A stretch of DNA of 64,000 nt from an uncultured Chloroflexia bacterium (GTDB taxonomy: Bacteria > Chloroflexota > Chloroflexia > QHBQ01 > JADMIH01). The notes under the pieces were generated by a model. That model saw only the letters and a list, made by a program, of their open reading frames with translations. It ran no database searches and was not told the origin of the DNA. Below are positions 4,490 to 14,773 of this stretch, piece after piece; positions within the stretch are counted from its first letter, which is position 1; each line of letters begins with the position of its first letter. The DNA is taken from contig CAWCNY010000002.1 of the NCBI GenBank assembly GCA_963797095.1, positions 1,280,001 to 1,344,000 on the forward strand. Reading direction: 5' to 3'. The position numbers were made by a program, and so were the translations under genes.

Positions 4490-6421
4490 CTACCTCTTTG
4501 CCTGGCCGGGCTTTGGTTGGCGGATGGGCCAGCGCCACCGAAGCCTGAGGCCGCCGGGCCTGTTGTATACCCACCACTCGGCAGCCAGCACCAGGAGTCC
4601 TGCTATGAGCACCCAGGGCCATATTTCGACGGGCGCTTCCTGCTGCGATGATTGGGGGCCTGTGGGCTGAGCGGGTTGTCCAGGCAATATTAGCTCAGGG
4701 TGTGGGGTGATATCCGATTCGTCCAGGCTGAAGAGGTTGACCGCAAACTGCTCAGGGTCGCCCAATGACTCTCCTTTGGCTTTTTGCTGGACGGTGTATA
4801 TACCAAGTTGCGTGGTGCCTGCAAACGATACCTGTCCTTGCGGTTGTAGGGTGGTGCTCTGAGCACCTTCGCCTGGAGGAGTGACCACGATCTCGTCCGC
4901 TTCGGGGAGGGCGCGGATGCTGACCGGGTCGCCAGCGCCGAGGATTGGGGGCAGGTCGAGTGTGGCCTGGGGCTGTAGCCATGATATGAGGTTAGACATG
5001 AGGATTGGGAAGGCAACCTGTAGGGGCAGGTCGGTCTGGTGGAGATCGAAGGCGAAGATGACTATGCGCTTGCCCTCTATTTCTCCGGCCAGCATCAGGG
5101 GGTCGCCTGCGGTGGAGCGCACCAGGACGCGCGCCCATGACGGAGTGTCGATCTTCTGTGCAATCCCTATGTGGGTGTTCGTCAGGTCAACGAAGCGAAG
5201 GAGAGGATCGTTTACTGCTACCTGCCCTATGGTGGGGTATTGGATGGTGCCCGATACGGGAGCGAGGGCGGAATTGGGCGGCGCGAAAAGGAGCAGGTTG
5301 CCGCCGGGGAGATCCTGCGGGACATAGGCATCGAGCACCGTCAGGGCGAAATCGTCGGATGGGGTGTACTCGGCTGGGGCGGTCTTGAAGAGCTTCACAC
5401 CAGGTATGAGGTTGAGCGCCTTTTCGATAAAGCCGTTGCTTTGGGTCACGAGGAGGACGTTTTGGGCAGGGGGTTGGGGCCTCAAGGCCCAGGCTGTGTT
5501 ATCGGCCTGGAGCAGATCGGCCTGGGGATCGCCTGTGGTCAGGCGGGCCTCGGCCTGCTTCATATCGAGGGGGAGGCCCTCGATAGTGAGGGTTTGTTCT
5601 TTCCCGGCATCTAGGCTCACGCGCCGCGAATCACGCAGTTGGCCATCTACCGATATGGAGACGAGGGCGCTTACCTGCTGTGGGCCGTTATTGTAGAGGC
5701 TTGCGAATAGCTGCGGCCCACCGGGGGCCTCCCTCAGCGACAGGGAGGTGATCGCGATGTTATTGGGCGACTTTCCTACGTTGATGTACTGCGTTTTGGC
5801 CTCTATTTGTGGCAAGGAATCTGCTCCCGCCAGCGCCCCGTCCGAGATCAGCACTACTGTGCCGTCGCCCAGTTGGCGGGCCGATGCGCCCGCGAGGGTC
5901 AGAGCCGCGCTCATGTCGGCCCGCCCGTTGCCTGCCGCGAGGCTGTGGATGGCGCTGTGTAGAACTGCCTTGTCGCCCGATGCCTGGGCAGCGGTTTGGG
6001 CTCGTGGTCCCGCCCAGATGATGGTTGCCTTGTTGTCCTCACCCAACCCGTCGATCAACCTATCGGCCTCTTTGGTGGCCTGCTCGAACCGGGGTGTGCC
6101 ACCTTCTTCATCGGCGCTTTGCATGGAGGCCGACGCGTCAAGCACGAGCACGAGGTTGCCTGCCACGGCGGAGCGCGAAAGGACGAAGGGCCGGGCTAAT
6201 CCCAGCACGAGGAGGATGAGTAAGAGCAATTGCAGGAGGAGGAGGAGATTGCGGCGGAGGCGTTGCCAGGGAGCGTTGGCCGTGCGGTCCATGAGGGCGC
6301 GACGCCAGAGCATGGAGGATGATACGCTCAGTTCTTCGCGGCGCAAGCGGAGCATGTAGAAGATGATTATGGGGATAGCGAGGGCCAGGAGCGCAAGCGC
6401 AACAGGTAGCAAAATGCCCAT
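4490..6421 (-). CDS. BatA N-terminal + VWA domain membrane protein
   Basis: BatA-like N-terminus (PIIIFYMLR..VSSSMLW..LARP), MIDAS motif DASASM, C-terminal TM 'LAAEWW'. Confidence 0.85.
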   Translation of the reverse strand: MGILLPVALALLALAIPIIIFYMLRLRREELSVSSSMLWRRALMDRTANAPWQRLRRNLLLLLQLLLLILLVLGLARPFVLSRSAVAGNLVLVLDASASMQSADEEGGTPRFEQATKEADRLIDGLGEDNKATIIWAGPRAQTAAQASGDKAVLHSAIHSLAAGNGRADMSAALTLAGASARQLGDGTVVLISDGALAGADSLPQIEAKTQYINVGKSPNNIAITSLSLREAPGGPQLFASLYNNGPQQVSALVSISVDGQLRDSRRVSLDAGKEQTLTIEGLPLDMKQAEARLTTGDPQADLLQADNTAWALRPQPPAQNVLLVTQSNGFIEKALNLIPGVKLFKTAPAEYTPSDDFALTVLDAYVPQDLPGGNLLLFAPPNSALAPVSGTIQYPTIGQVAVNDPLLRFVDLTNTHIGIAQKIDTPSWARVLVRSTAGDPLMLAGEIEGKRIVIFAFDLHQTDLPLQVAFPILMSNLISWLQPQATLDLPPILGAGDPVSIRALPEADEIVVTPPGEGAQSTTLQPQGQVSFAGTTQLGIYTVQQKAKGESLGDPEQFAVNLFSLDESDITPHPELILPGQPAQPTGPQSSQQEAPVEIWPWVLIAGLLVLAAEWWVYNRPGGLRLRWRWPIRQPKPGQAKR

Positions 6422-6442
6422 AGTTTATTGTACCATGTGGGC

Positions 6443-7828
6443 ATGAAAGCTCAGATGCTTGACATTCTGTTGTGCCCGGCAAGTGATTGCATGTCTGCCG
6501 ACCTGATCCTTGAGGCGCACGAGGTCGAAACTATTCAGTACAATGATGGCCCGGTCGAGGAGGTCAAAGAGGGGACTATCCTGTGTGCGTCATGCGGCAG
6601 AAAGTATCCCGTGGCCGAGTATGTGCCTGACTTTAGCCAACTCTTCCCCGGTGCCTTGAAGAGCGAAGCCGATTTCTGGAACGGCTGGTACGGCTTTATG
6701 TGGGACAAGAAGCACCTGGGGTTCTTCGACCATCGAGAAACGGTCGCACCGTTTCTTACGTCGGGGGTTGGCGTTCTGGATCCCGCCAGGCTGCAACACC
6801 AGGACATGCCCGGCATCCATACGATGATCGAGGCCCACCCACTTATGCGTTCCGCGAAGCGACTGCTAGAGATCGGGTGCGGGACGGGCTGGAACACCCT
6901 CTATTTCGCGAGGCAGGGGCACAATGTGGTGGCCTTCGACCCGGCATCGCGCAACGTGCAGCTTGCCAAGCGTTATGCGGTCTCTCAGGGGGAGTATGTG
7001 GAGTACATGTGCGCGGCGCAAGGGTATGTTGCCTTCAAGCCTGAGGTGTTCGATGGCGTGATCGCGTTTCATTCGCTGCACCATATCCCTCATCTGCGCC
7101 ACGAACTAAACGTGGTGCGATCGTGGCTTGGAGACGGGGGTGTGATCGGCGTGGACGAGCATATTCGTAATGAGCCGATATTGGAGGGTATACGGGACGC
7201 GATGCTGGCGTGGGCCGAAGCCGAGGTTTTCCCGAAGTATCGTGATGCGGATAGCGAGGGCGATCTATCTGGGCTACCAACAGCATCCCATTCCGAGTTG
7301 GAGGGAGCAGGCAGCGAGGATGTGCTGGAGGCAGTGCTGGACAATTTCGAGCTTGCCGGCTTTTCGAGCAGATTCTATGGCCTGGATGCTTATGCTTTTC
7401 TGCAATACCTGGCTTACGAGCAAGACGAGGCGGTCTATTACAACACGGCCTATGCTGTGGATCGTCTATATAAGTTGTATAGCTCAGCGTTTCCTGAGAA
7501 GGTGGAGCTGGTGACTTTGATCGCTCGTAAGGTGGATGCTATGGGTGCCGGTGATGCTCGGACGAGCGACGAAGTGAGCGATCCTGTGATGGAGGCTCGC
7601 GCCGCGTCCGGCAAAGATAGGCCCAACTCCATAGAAAGCCTGAAGAAATACGTTGTGGAGTTGCAGGGGATTGTGGCTCAGAAGAACAAGCAGATTGAGG
7701 AACTTGAAGAGTGGGCCAGGAGCATGGAACGCGGTATCGCGGAGCAGATGCGGCTTATCAAGCGGATCGAGAGCGGGCGTGTCATGCGCCTGCTGAATAT
7801 GCTGCCGGGCAACCGTAAGAGGCCTTAG
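6443..7828 (+). CDS. Trm112-like domain + class I SAM methyltransferase + C-terminal coiled coil
   Basis: LLCP..CASCGRKYPV Zn-knuckle/Trm112-like N-terminus; LEIGCGTG motif I; SLHH; heptad-rich tail. Confidence 0.8.
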   Translation: MKAQMLDILLCPASDCMSADLILEAHEVETIQYNDGPVEEVKEGTILCASCGRKYPVAEYVPDFSQLFPGALKSEADFWNGWYGFMWDKKHLGFFDHRETVAPFLTSGVGVLDPARLQHQDMPGIHTMIEAHPLMRSAKRLLEIGCGTGWNTLYFARQGHNVVAFDPASRNVQLAKRYAVSQGEYVEYMCAAQGYVAFKPEVFDGVIAFHSLHHIPHLRHELNVVRSWLGDGGVIGVDEHIRNEPILEGIRDAMLAWAEAEVFPKYRDADSEGDLSGLPTASHSELEGAGSEDVLEAVLDNFELAGFSSRFYGLDAYAFLQYLAYEQDEAVYYNTAYAVDRLYKLYSSAFPEKVELVTLIARKVDAMGAGDARTSDEVSDPVMEARAASGKDRPNSIESLKKYVVELQGIVAQKNKQIEELEEWARSMERGIAEQMRLIKRIESGRVMRLLNMLPGNRKRP

Positions 7829-9558
7829 GCGACGCGAATGTCTTTCACCTTTAGTTGAAGGTGTACATCACCCTTCCAGTCGCGCCGCTCGATCCCGAAG
7901 AGGAGATCTACGCGCCGCTTTTGGCGGATGGTCTCGAAGAGATGCCCGGCTCGCCACACCACCGCCTCCACAGGCGCTTTGGAGATGTTGGTCTGGTCGG
8001 CCAACATGAGCTTGAGGTGGCTGCCATCGCCCAGGGGTATGGCGTCTATCACGCGTAGATTGCGGGCCATGAAGACGGGCGACGGATTGGCCGATCCGAA
8101 GGGTGCCAGGCGGTTGAGGCTGTCGAAGGTGTGATTATTCACGTCAGCCATTGTGATTTCGGCGTCGGCCCATACGGTCGGCTGCATGTCACCGTCGTCC
8201 ATTAGCTTGCTCGCAAGCTTGTTGAGCCGCTCCCCTAATTCCGCGATCCTGCTTGTCTTGACAGTAAAACCTGCGGCGGCCTCGTGCCCCCCGTACTTGA
8301 CCAGCATATCTTTTAGCTCGGCCAGAGCGCTGACCATGTTGAAGTTGCGCCCGCTTCGTGCAGACCCACGACTCTCCTCAGGTCCCTCTTCCAGGATCAA
8401 TGTGGGCCGCCCGAACTCCTCGGCAAGCCTGCCTGCCACCAGTCCCACCACACCGGCGGGCCAGCCTGCATCGGACATCACTATTACTTTCGTGTCCTCG
8501 TCGAGCCTGCGGGCGCGCTCGCGCGCTTGTTCGACTACTGAGTTCATGATCGCCTGCCTTCGGCAATTCTGGGCCTCCAGCTTTTGCGCGAGCACCTGCG
8601 CCTCAGCTTCATTGGTGGTCATCAGGAGCCGATAAGCCGTGCTGGCGTCGTCCACTCGCCCGGCTGCGTTGAGGCGCGGCCCGACCACGAACCCGATCCG
8701 CTCGGCGTCGACGCTCTGCATATCAACGTGGGCGAACTTGAGGAGGGTTTTCAGGCCGGGCATGCTGTGCTGCGAGATGGCAGCGATCCCCTGTGTCACG
8801 AGCGAGCGATTGGCCCCCTTGAGAGGCACTACATCGGCCACGGTGCCGATGGCTACCAGGCCAAGCAAATCGAGGTTTCTGAGCGCCGGAGGCTTACCGA
8901 GCCGCTTCACCAGGGCGCGCACTAGCTGGTAGGCGACGCCCACCCCGGCCAGGTCGTGGTAGCATTCGCAGCCGGGTGCTGCCTGCTTGGGATTGATGCA
9001 CGCTGCTGCTTCGGGGAGTTCGTCGGGTAGATGGTGGTGGTCGGTCACGACAACGTCCAGTCCTGCGCGGTGAGCCTCGGCCACCTCGTCTCTGCCTGAG
9101 ATGCCGCAATCGACGGTAATAAGGAGTTTCGCTCCACGACGGGCGATTTCGGCGACAGCGAGGGCGTTCAGCCCGTAACCTTCGGTTGTTCGGTTGGGTA
9201 TATAAGGTTCGGCTTGCGCGCCGAAATGGCGCAGGGCAAGTGTCAGAAGAGAGGTAGATGTAACACCGTCGGCATCGAAGTCGCCGTAGACCACGATCCG
9301 CTCGTTATCGCTTATGGCACGAGCAATACGCTCGACAGCCGCGCTCATGCCTGTCAATTGCAAGGGGTCAGGATAGCTGGCGAGGTCGGGGGGCTTGACG
9401 AAAGCCTCCACATCCTGTGGTTCGGTGATGCCGCGATTAGCCATCACGCGCACCATGAGTGGAGTAAGCTCCAGGTGCTGTAGGCTTGATTGTATGCGCC
9501 GTAGCTGTAAGGGATCAGGCTCCGGGTATACTTCCCAGAGCGAGGGTCGGGCTTCCAA
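7825..9558 (-). CDS. recJ: Single-stranded DNA exonuclease RecJ
   Basis: GDFDADG, TVDCG, TDHH, GTVADVVPL, PRLNAAGR, GSARS, GGH motifs. Confidence 0.96.
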   Translation of the reverse strand: MEARPSLWEVYPEPDPLQLRRIQSSLQHLELTPLMVRVMANRGITEPQDVEAFVKPPDLASYPDPLQLTGMSAAVERIARAISDNERIVVYGDFDADGVTSTSLLTLALRHFGAQAEPYIPNRTTEGYGLNALAVAEIARRGAKLLITVDCGISGRDEVAEAHRAGLDVVVTDHHHLPDELPEAAACINPKQAAPGCECYHDLAGVGVAYQLVRALVKRLGKPPALRNLDLLGLVAIGTVADVVPLKGANRSLVTQGIAAISQHSMPGLKTLLKFAHVDMQSVDAERIGFVVGPRLNAAGRVDDASTAYRLLMTTNEAEAQVLAQKLEAQNCRRQAIMNSVVEQARERARRLDEDTKVIVMSDAGWPAGVVGLVAGRLAEEFGRPTLILEEGPEESRGSARSGRNFNMVSALAELKDMLVKYGGHEAAAGFTVKTSRIAELGERLNKLASKLMDDGDMQPTVWADAEITMADVNNHTFDSLNRLAPFGSANPSPVFMARNLRVIDAIPLGDGSHLKLMLADQTNISKAPVEAVVWRAGHLFETIRQKRRVDLLFGIERRDWKGDVHLQLKVKDIRVA

Positions 9559-9791
9559 ATTGTCGCTCTCTATAAGCTCTTTTCCACAATGCTCTCACGA
9601 ATTACACATTCGTCTCTGCTGAGATCATAGCACACCGGATCGTGTGACCGCAACAGGGGAGAGCACTGGTTAGGACCATCTTCGGGGTCGGAACGAGACT
9701 TATCTCACTTGTGCGTAACCTTTGTGCGTCGTATGATTAGCAGAGGGGTTTCGTATTACCTTCGTCATTCGTCATTCGTCTTGTGTGCAAC

Positions 9792-12700
9792 ATGGTTGGA
9801 ATGGTGCATCAAACCGAGCAAGTCCAGCACGGGTGGGCGACCTTTGCTCCCGAAGAGTTCGTCGGGCAAAGGCCAGGCCGGTCTGCGCGTCCTATCCTCT
9901 CTGCGATAACCGAAATCAACGATTTGCTCCTTTCGCCTGAGAGCCAGCACGATCTTTTTGTGTCTATCGCTCAGGTTTGTGCTCGCGCCCTTGACTATCC
10001 TTTTGTGTCGGTGCTCCTTTTTGATGACGATCTGCAGCACATTCAAGTAGCCGGTATCAACGACCCTGATATTAATCTATTGATGGTCAGGCGTGGGTCG
10101 GATGTCGTGTACAGGCCGGTGTTCCCGCTTTCAGTGTTACGCGATCTCCCGTGGATGAAGGCTGTGCGCGATGGTATGATCGTTGTTACGACCAGGCCCC
10201 AGGAGCTTATAACGCCCTTTGCTACGGCAGTAAGCGCTCGCACCCTGGTTCGCAGGTTGGGGATCGTGCAAGGTATTGTGATCCCGCTCATTGTACGGGG
10301 CAAGATGGTAGGCGCGCTCAAGGTTGGTTCGAGACGGGCTGAGTACGAGCCTGGAGAGCGTAACGATCTCCTCTCGTTGGCCCACCATACAGCGCTAGCG
10401 CAAGAGCTGTGGCGACTGTATGATCGTGCGGAGGGTCGTACCGCCATTCTTAAGAGGCTGCATACTCTCTCGCAGACGATTACCGGCATACTCGACCTTG
10501 ATATGCTGTACCAGGAAATCGTGAAGGCAGCGGGCAGGCTTGCACCCATAGATTTCTGCACTGTCAATATTCTCACGCCTGACCGCAAGGGCTACAGGAA
10601 TCATGCCGCCTGGGGCGAGGGGCTGCGCTCCGAAGTGCTGGGCGGTATTCGCAGTATAGATATCTTCCCGCGCGAGATGATACGCCGCGCACTGGCAGGC
10701 AAGCCGATGCTGGTGGCCGATCTCAGTAAGTACCCGGCGGCCAGGAAGCGACTCAGCCACCGGAATGCCGGCGCAGTGGCTGTCTTTACCTTCAGGTCCG
10801 AGGGCAGACCGATTGGCTTCATAACGGTGGGCCGCGATGAACCGGGTGAATGGGAAAGCGAAACGGTTGAGATGCTGAATGAGTTGGCGGAATATGTGGC
10901 GGTGGCTTTCACTAATGCGCGCCGCTATGCTGAGGCAACACGCCAGGCCGCCGTCCAGACAGCCCTCGCGGAGAGTGCTCGCATGATCGCTCGTGCCGAG
11001 ACACGCAGCGTTATCCAGGCAATTGTGGAGGCTGGGAGCCGCCTCTTCATGGACTCGCGCTTCGCGTTGCTTCTACCCGATGCTGCCGGTGACCTCATTT
11101 GCGTGGCCGCACATGGCCCCGGCACCGAGGACGTGCTGGGCTTCTGGGTGCATAAGGGCGAGGGCTTGGCAGGCATCGTTTTCGAGAGTGGCAAGCCTGC
11201 GATGACGGAGGATATACAGGCCGAGGCAAGCTCGGCGCGCAAGGATATAGATGAGCGCGCCCACTTCCACTCGTATATGGCCGTACCAATGACGGATGAG
11301 ATCGGTACGATAGGGGTGCTGGTGGCGGGGCACCACGAGCGTGGCCTCTATACAGAGAGCGACCTTACGTTGTTGAACACCCTTGCCGACCATGCCACCA
11401 TCGCGATGCAGAACGAGCGCTTGCTGACCGAGGCGCGGCGCACGGCGACCGAACAGGAGACGCTAGCTGAGAGCGCGCGCCTGATCGCCAGGGCCGAAAC
11501 AGAAACTGTGCTGCAAACTATTGTGCAGGCAGGCAACGCGCTTGTTCTGGGTTCGCAGTTCGCCGCGCTTCTGCCGGACAACGACGGCAACCTGGTATGT
11601 GTAGCTGCCTTTGGTCCCCAAACCGACAGGATCATAGGGTATAAGATCAAGAAAGGCCAGGGCCTGTTGGGTCGCGTGTTCATGCATGGCGAGCCGATGC
11701 TGGTTGAGGATATCCAGACGGCACCAGGTTCGGCCTACGGACAGGCTGAGGTGAAGGCGGGATTCCGCTCGTGGATGGCTGTGCCGATGATGTCCGAGCA
11801 GGGGTCAATCGGAGTGCTGGCGGCCACTCACGCTCAGCCAGGTCTTTATACCGCGGCGCACCTGAATCTCGTCAGCACGCTGGCCGATCACGCCACTATA
11901 GCTCTCGAAAATCAGCGGCTTCTGCAAGATGCCAATCGGCAGGCCACCGAGCAAGCAGCGTTGGCCGAAAGCGCCAATGCGATTGCCCGCCTGGACGTGG
12001 AGACGGTGCTGAACACAATCGTCTCAAGGGCCAGTGAGATAGTGCAGTTGTCGCGCTGTAGCGTCTTTCTCTATGAAGAGGAAACCGGCGTGCTTAAATG
12101 GGCGGCCGGGGTTGATTCACCACCTGAGCTGCAGGCCGAGGCCTTCCCGGCTACCGATGGCCTCATGGGAGAAGCATTTTCCACGGGCAAGCCTGTGCTG
12201 GTGGACGACATAACCGTGGACCGGAGAGCCACTGCGCGCCACATGCTGGAACCTACCGGTACAAGATCTTTTCTGTGCGTGCCTTTGCGGTGGGGGTCAA
12301 ACACAACCGGCGTGTTGCTGACGACCCACCGCGAGGTAGGTATTTTTACTCCTCATGATAGCGATCTGCTTTGCACCTTCGCGGACTACGCAGCTATAGC
12401 CCTTTCCAACGCACGATTCTATGCCAGCCTTCAGCAGCGCGAGGAGGAACGCGCATACCTCCTGCGCAAACTTATGAGCGGGCAGGAAGCCGAGCGGCGA
12501 CGCGTGGCCGTGGACATCCATGATGGCCCCTTGCAGTCTATAGGTGTCAATATCCTGGCTATAGATCGTATTCGTAAGCTGATGGACATTGGCCGTAGCT
12601 CTGATGCTCTTGCTGAACTGGTGCAGGTGCGCGAAGGGATGTCGGCGGTAGTGCAGGAATTACGCGATGTGATCAACGACCTGCGGCCGGTAGTGCTGGA

Positions 12701-13100
12701 GAACCTGGGTCTGGTGGCGGCCACCGGGGCCTACCTCAAGCACTTCCGGGAGCACTCCGATATCCACGTACACCTGGAAGACAAGCTCGACGGCCAACGA
12801 TTGCCTGCCTCGAAAGAAGTAGTGTTCTTCAGGCTTCTGCAAGAGGCGCTCACCAATGTGCGAAAGCACGCGAGCGCCGGCTCGGTGTGGGTGACTTTCG
12901 ATGTGGCGGGCGGAGTGTTCAGGATGAGTGTTACAGATAACGGGCTTGGCTTCGACCCGAAATCGATGGCGCGCTCGCGCGATAGTGGGCATATTGGACT
13001 CCACAGTATGCAGGAACGGATCGAGGCCATTGGTGGTGGCATGGAGATCGAGAGCACCGAAGGACAGGGAACCCGCCTGACGTTCCGGGCAAACTTGTAA
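9792..13100 (+). CDS. Multi-GAF sensor histidine kinase (HisKA_3/NarX-like)
   Basis: Five GAF-like repeats; ERRRVAVDIHDG H-box; QEALTNVRKHA, DNGLGF, GLHSMQER, GQGT boxes. Start approximate. Confidence 0.9.
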   Translation: MVGMVHQTEQVQHGWATFAPEEFVGQRPGRSARPILSAITEINDLLLSPESQHDLFVSIAQVCARALDYPFVSVLLFDDDLQHIQVAGINDPDINLLMVRRGSDVVYRPVFPLSVLRDLPWMKAVRDGMIVVTTRPQELITPFATAVSARTLVRRLGIVQGIVIPLIVRGKMVGALKVGSRRAEYEPGERNDLLSLAHHTALAQELWRLYDRAEGRTAILKRLHTLSQTITGILDLDMLYQEIVKAAGRLAPIDFCTVNILTPDRKGYRNHAAWGEGLRSEVLGGIRSIDIFPREMIRRALAGKPMLVADLSKYPAARKRLSHRNAGAVAVFTFRSEGRPIGFITVGRDEPGEWESETVEMLNELAEYVAVAFTNARRYAEATRQAAVQTALAESARMIARAETRSVIQAIVEAGSRLFMDSRFALLLPDAAGDLICVAAHGPGTEDVLGFWVHKGEGLAGIVFESGKPAMTEDIQAEASSARKDIDERAHFHSYMAVPMTDEIGTIGVLVAGHHERGLYTESDLTLLNTLADHATIAMQNERLLTEARRTATEQETLAESARLIARAETETVLQTIVQAGNALVLGSQFAALLPDNDGNLVCVAAFGPQTDRIIGYKIKKGQGLLGRVFMHGEPMLVEDIQTAPGSAYGQAEVKAGFRSWMAVPMMSEQGSIGVLAATHAQPGLYTAAHLNLVSTLADHATIALENQRLLQDANRQATEQAALAESANAIARLDVETVLNTIVSRASEIVQLSRCSVFLYEEETGVLKWAAGVDSPPELQAEAFPATDGLMGEAFSTGKPVLVDDITVDRRATARHMLEPTGTRSFLCVPLRWGSNTTGVLLTTHREVGIFTPHDSDLLCTFADYAAIALSNARFYASLQQREEERAYLLRKLMSGQEAERRRVAVDIHDGPLQSIGVNILAIDRIRKLMDIGRSSDALAELVQVREGMSAVVQELRDVINDLRPVVLENLGLVAATGAYLKHFREHSDIHVHLEDKLDGQRLPASKEVVFFRLLQEALTNVRKHASAGSVWVTFDVAGGVFRMSVTDNGLGFDPKSMARSRDSGHIGLHSMQERIEAIGGGMEIESTEGQGTRLTFRANL

Positions 13101-13216
13101 GTGCGGAGTATGGAGTGCGGAATGCGGAGTTTGAGGTTTGTTGAGCGGGACTTTGGCGCTATAATTACTGCTGTTGGCGCATTCCGCAGCCCATATTCCG
13201 AACCCCGCATTTAGTT

Positions 13217-14056
13217 ATGCCGCGCATTTACACCTGGCAACACACCGTCCGCAACTATGAAGGCGATGCCTGGGGGCAGTTGCAGCCCTCGGGTATTTTG
13301 CGCTTGCTGGAGCGCTCGGCGATCATCGCTGCGGCGGAGGGGGGCTACGGGCGCGAGTTCCATGACGAGCATAATACGGCGTGGGTGGTGCGTAGGATGA
13401 AGCTGCTGATGCCCTCGGTGGCTCATGCTAACGACGATCTGGAGATCACGACGTGGGCTTCGCACTTTGTGCGAGTGCGCGGCGGACGCGAGTACCGCGT
13501 TCAGAACCTTGATACCGACCAGCAGATCGCTCATGCTATCGCCGAATGGGTGTACATAGACAGGGCTACGGGTGCTCCCAGGGCTATCCCGGCGTCGGTG
13601 GGGGTCGATTTTGACGTGCCCGGTGCACCGCTTGGCAACTACGAGCCGCCCGCCGTTGCATCGCTGGATAGTCCACGGGAGTTCGTGGACACGAGACGTG
13701 CTGAGTGGTATGAAGCCGATACTATGGGCCATGTGAACAACGCAGTGTATGCCGATTGGCTGGATGCGGCGACGAGGCTGGCTATGGAGGAGATGGGGTG
13801 GCCTATTGTGAGGCTGAAGGCTGATGGGTTCCAACTACGGGCTGAATATCTCTACCTCGATTATAAGAGCCCGGTGCTTCCCGGTGAGCGGCTGGTGGTG
13901 ACTACCCGGCTGGTGGGCATGGAAGGTAGATTGTGCGCTACCAGCCACTCGATAGCGCGGGCCGAGGATGGGACGGAAGCGGCATTAGCGGAGTATGTGT
14001 ATGGGTGGGCAGATGAGGCGGGTGAGCCTTTGGAGCCGCCTGTTGGCTGGGGTTGA
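13217..14056 (+). CDS. Acyl-ACP/acyl-CoA thioesterase (double hotdog)
   Basis: DTMGHVNNAVY motif, two hotdog halves. Confidence 0.85.
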   Translation: MPRIYTWQHTVRNYEGDAWGQLQPSGILRLLERSAIIAAAEGGYGREFHDEHNTAWVVRRMKLLMPSVAHANDDLEITTWASHFVRVRGGREYRVQNLDTDQQIAHAIAEWVYIDRATGAPRAIPASVGVDFDVPGAPLGNYEPPAVASLDSPREFVDTRRAEWYEADTMGHVNNAVYADWLDAATRLAMEEMGWPIVRLKADGFQLRAEYLYLDYKSPVLPGERLVVTTRLVGMEGRLCATSHSIARAEDGTEAALAEYVYGWADEAGEPLEPPVGWG

Positions 14057-14068
14057 TATAATTGGCTC

Positions 14069-14773
14069 ATGTTTGATAAGTCGGCTCGCTTCTATGATGC
14101 TGTTTATGCGTGGAAGGACTATGCGGGCGAGAGTGTGCGGCTGCATACTTTGATAGAGGAGAAGGCGCAGAGGCTAGCGGGTACGTTGCTTGATGTGGCT
14201 TGCGGCACCGGGGCGCATCTGGCTTACCTTCGGGAGCACTATGAGGTGGAGGGGCTTGACCTGAATGCTGAGTTGCTTGATGTAGCTCACGAGCGTTTGC
14301 CAGGGGTGCCTCTGCACCTGGGGAATATGCTCGATTTTGATCTGGGACGCACGTTCGATGTGGTGACCTGCCTCTTCTCGGCTATCGCTTATGTCGGGAC
14401 TATCGATAATCTGCATATGGCGGTGGGCAATTTGGCCCGGCACGTCGCGAAGGGCGGGGTTTTGATTGTTGAGCCCTGGGCCGCGCCTGATGGATTTGTG
14501 ATTGATGGCAAGCCCCATGCGCACTTCACCGATTGGCCTGATGTGAAGGTTGCGCGGATGAGTATGAGCGCAAAGCGGGATAACATATCGGTGCTGCACT
14601 TTCATTATCTGGTTGGGACTCCTGAGGGCATTGACTACTTCACTGAAACACATGAATTAGGGCTGTTCACGCATGCCGAGTATTTGGACGCGTTCAAGAG
14701 CGCGGGATTTGAGGTGAGCTACGACCCTGAGGGGTTGATGGGGCGCGGACTGTATATCGGCGTTAGTTCTTAG
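14069..14773 (+). CDS. Class I SAM methyltransferase (TylM1/DesVI-like)
   Basis: YD..Y..KDY, LDVACGTG, VTCLFSAI, EPW, GRGLYIG. Confidence 0.85.
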   Translation: MFDKSARFYDAVYAWKDYAGESVRLHTLIEEKAQRLAGTLLDVACGTGAHLAYLREHYEVEGLDLNAELLDVAHERLPGVPLHLGNMLDFDLGRTFDVVTCLFSAIAYVGTIDNLHMAVGNLARHVAKGGVLIVEPWAAPDGFVIDGKPHAHFTDWPDVKVARMSMSAKRDNISVLHFHYLVGTPEGIDYFTETHELGLFTHAEYLDAFKSAGFEVSYDPEGLMGRGLYIGVSS

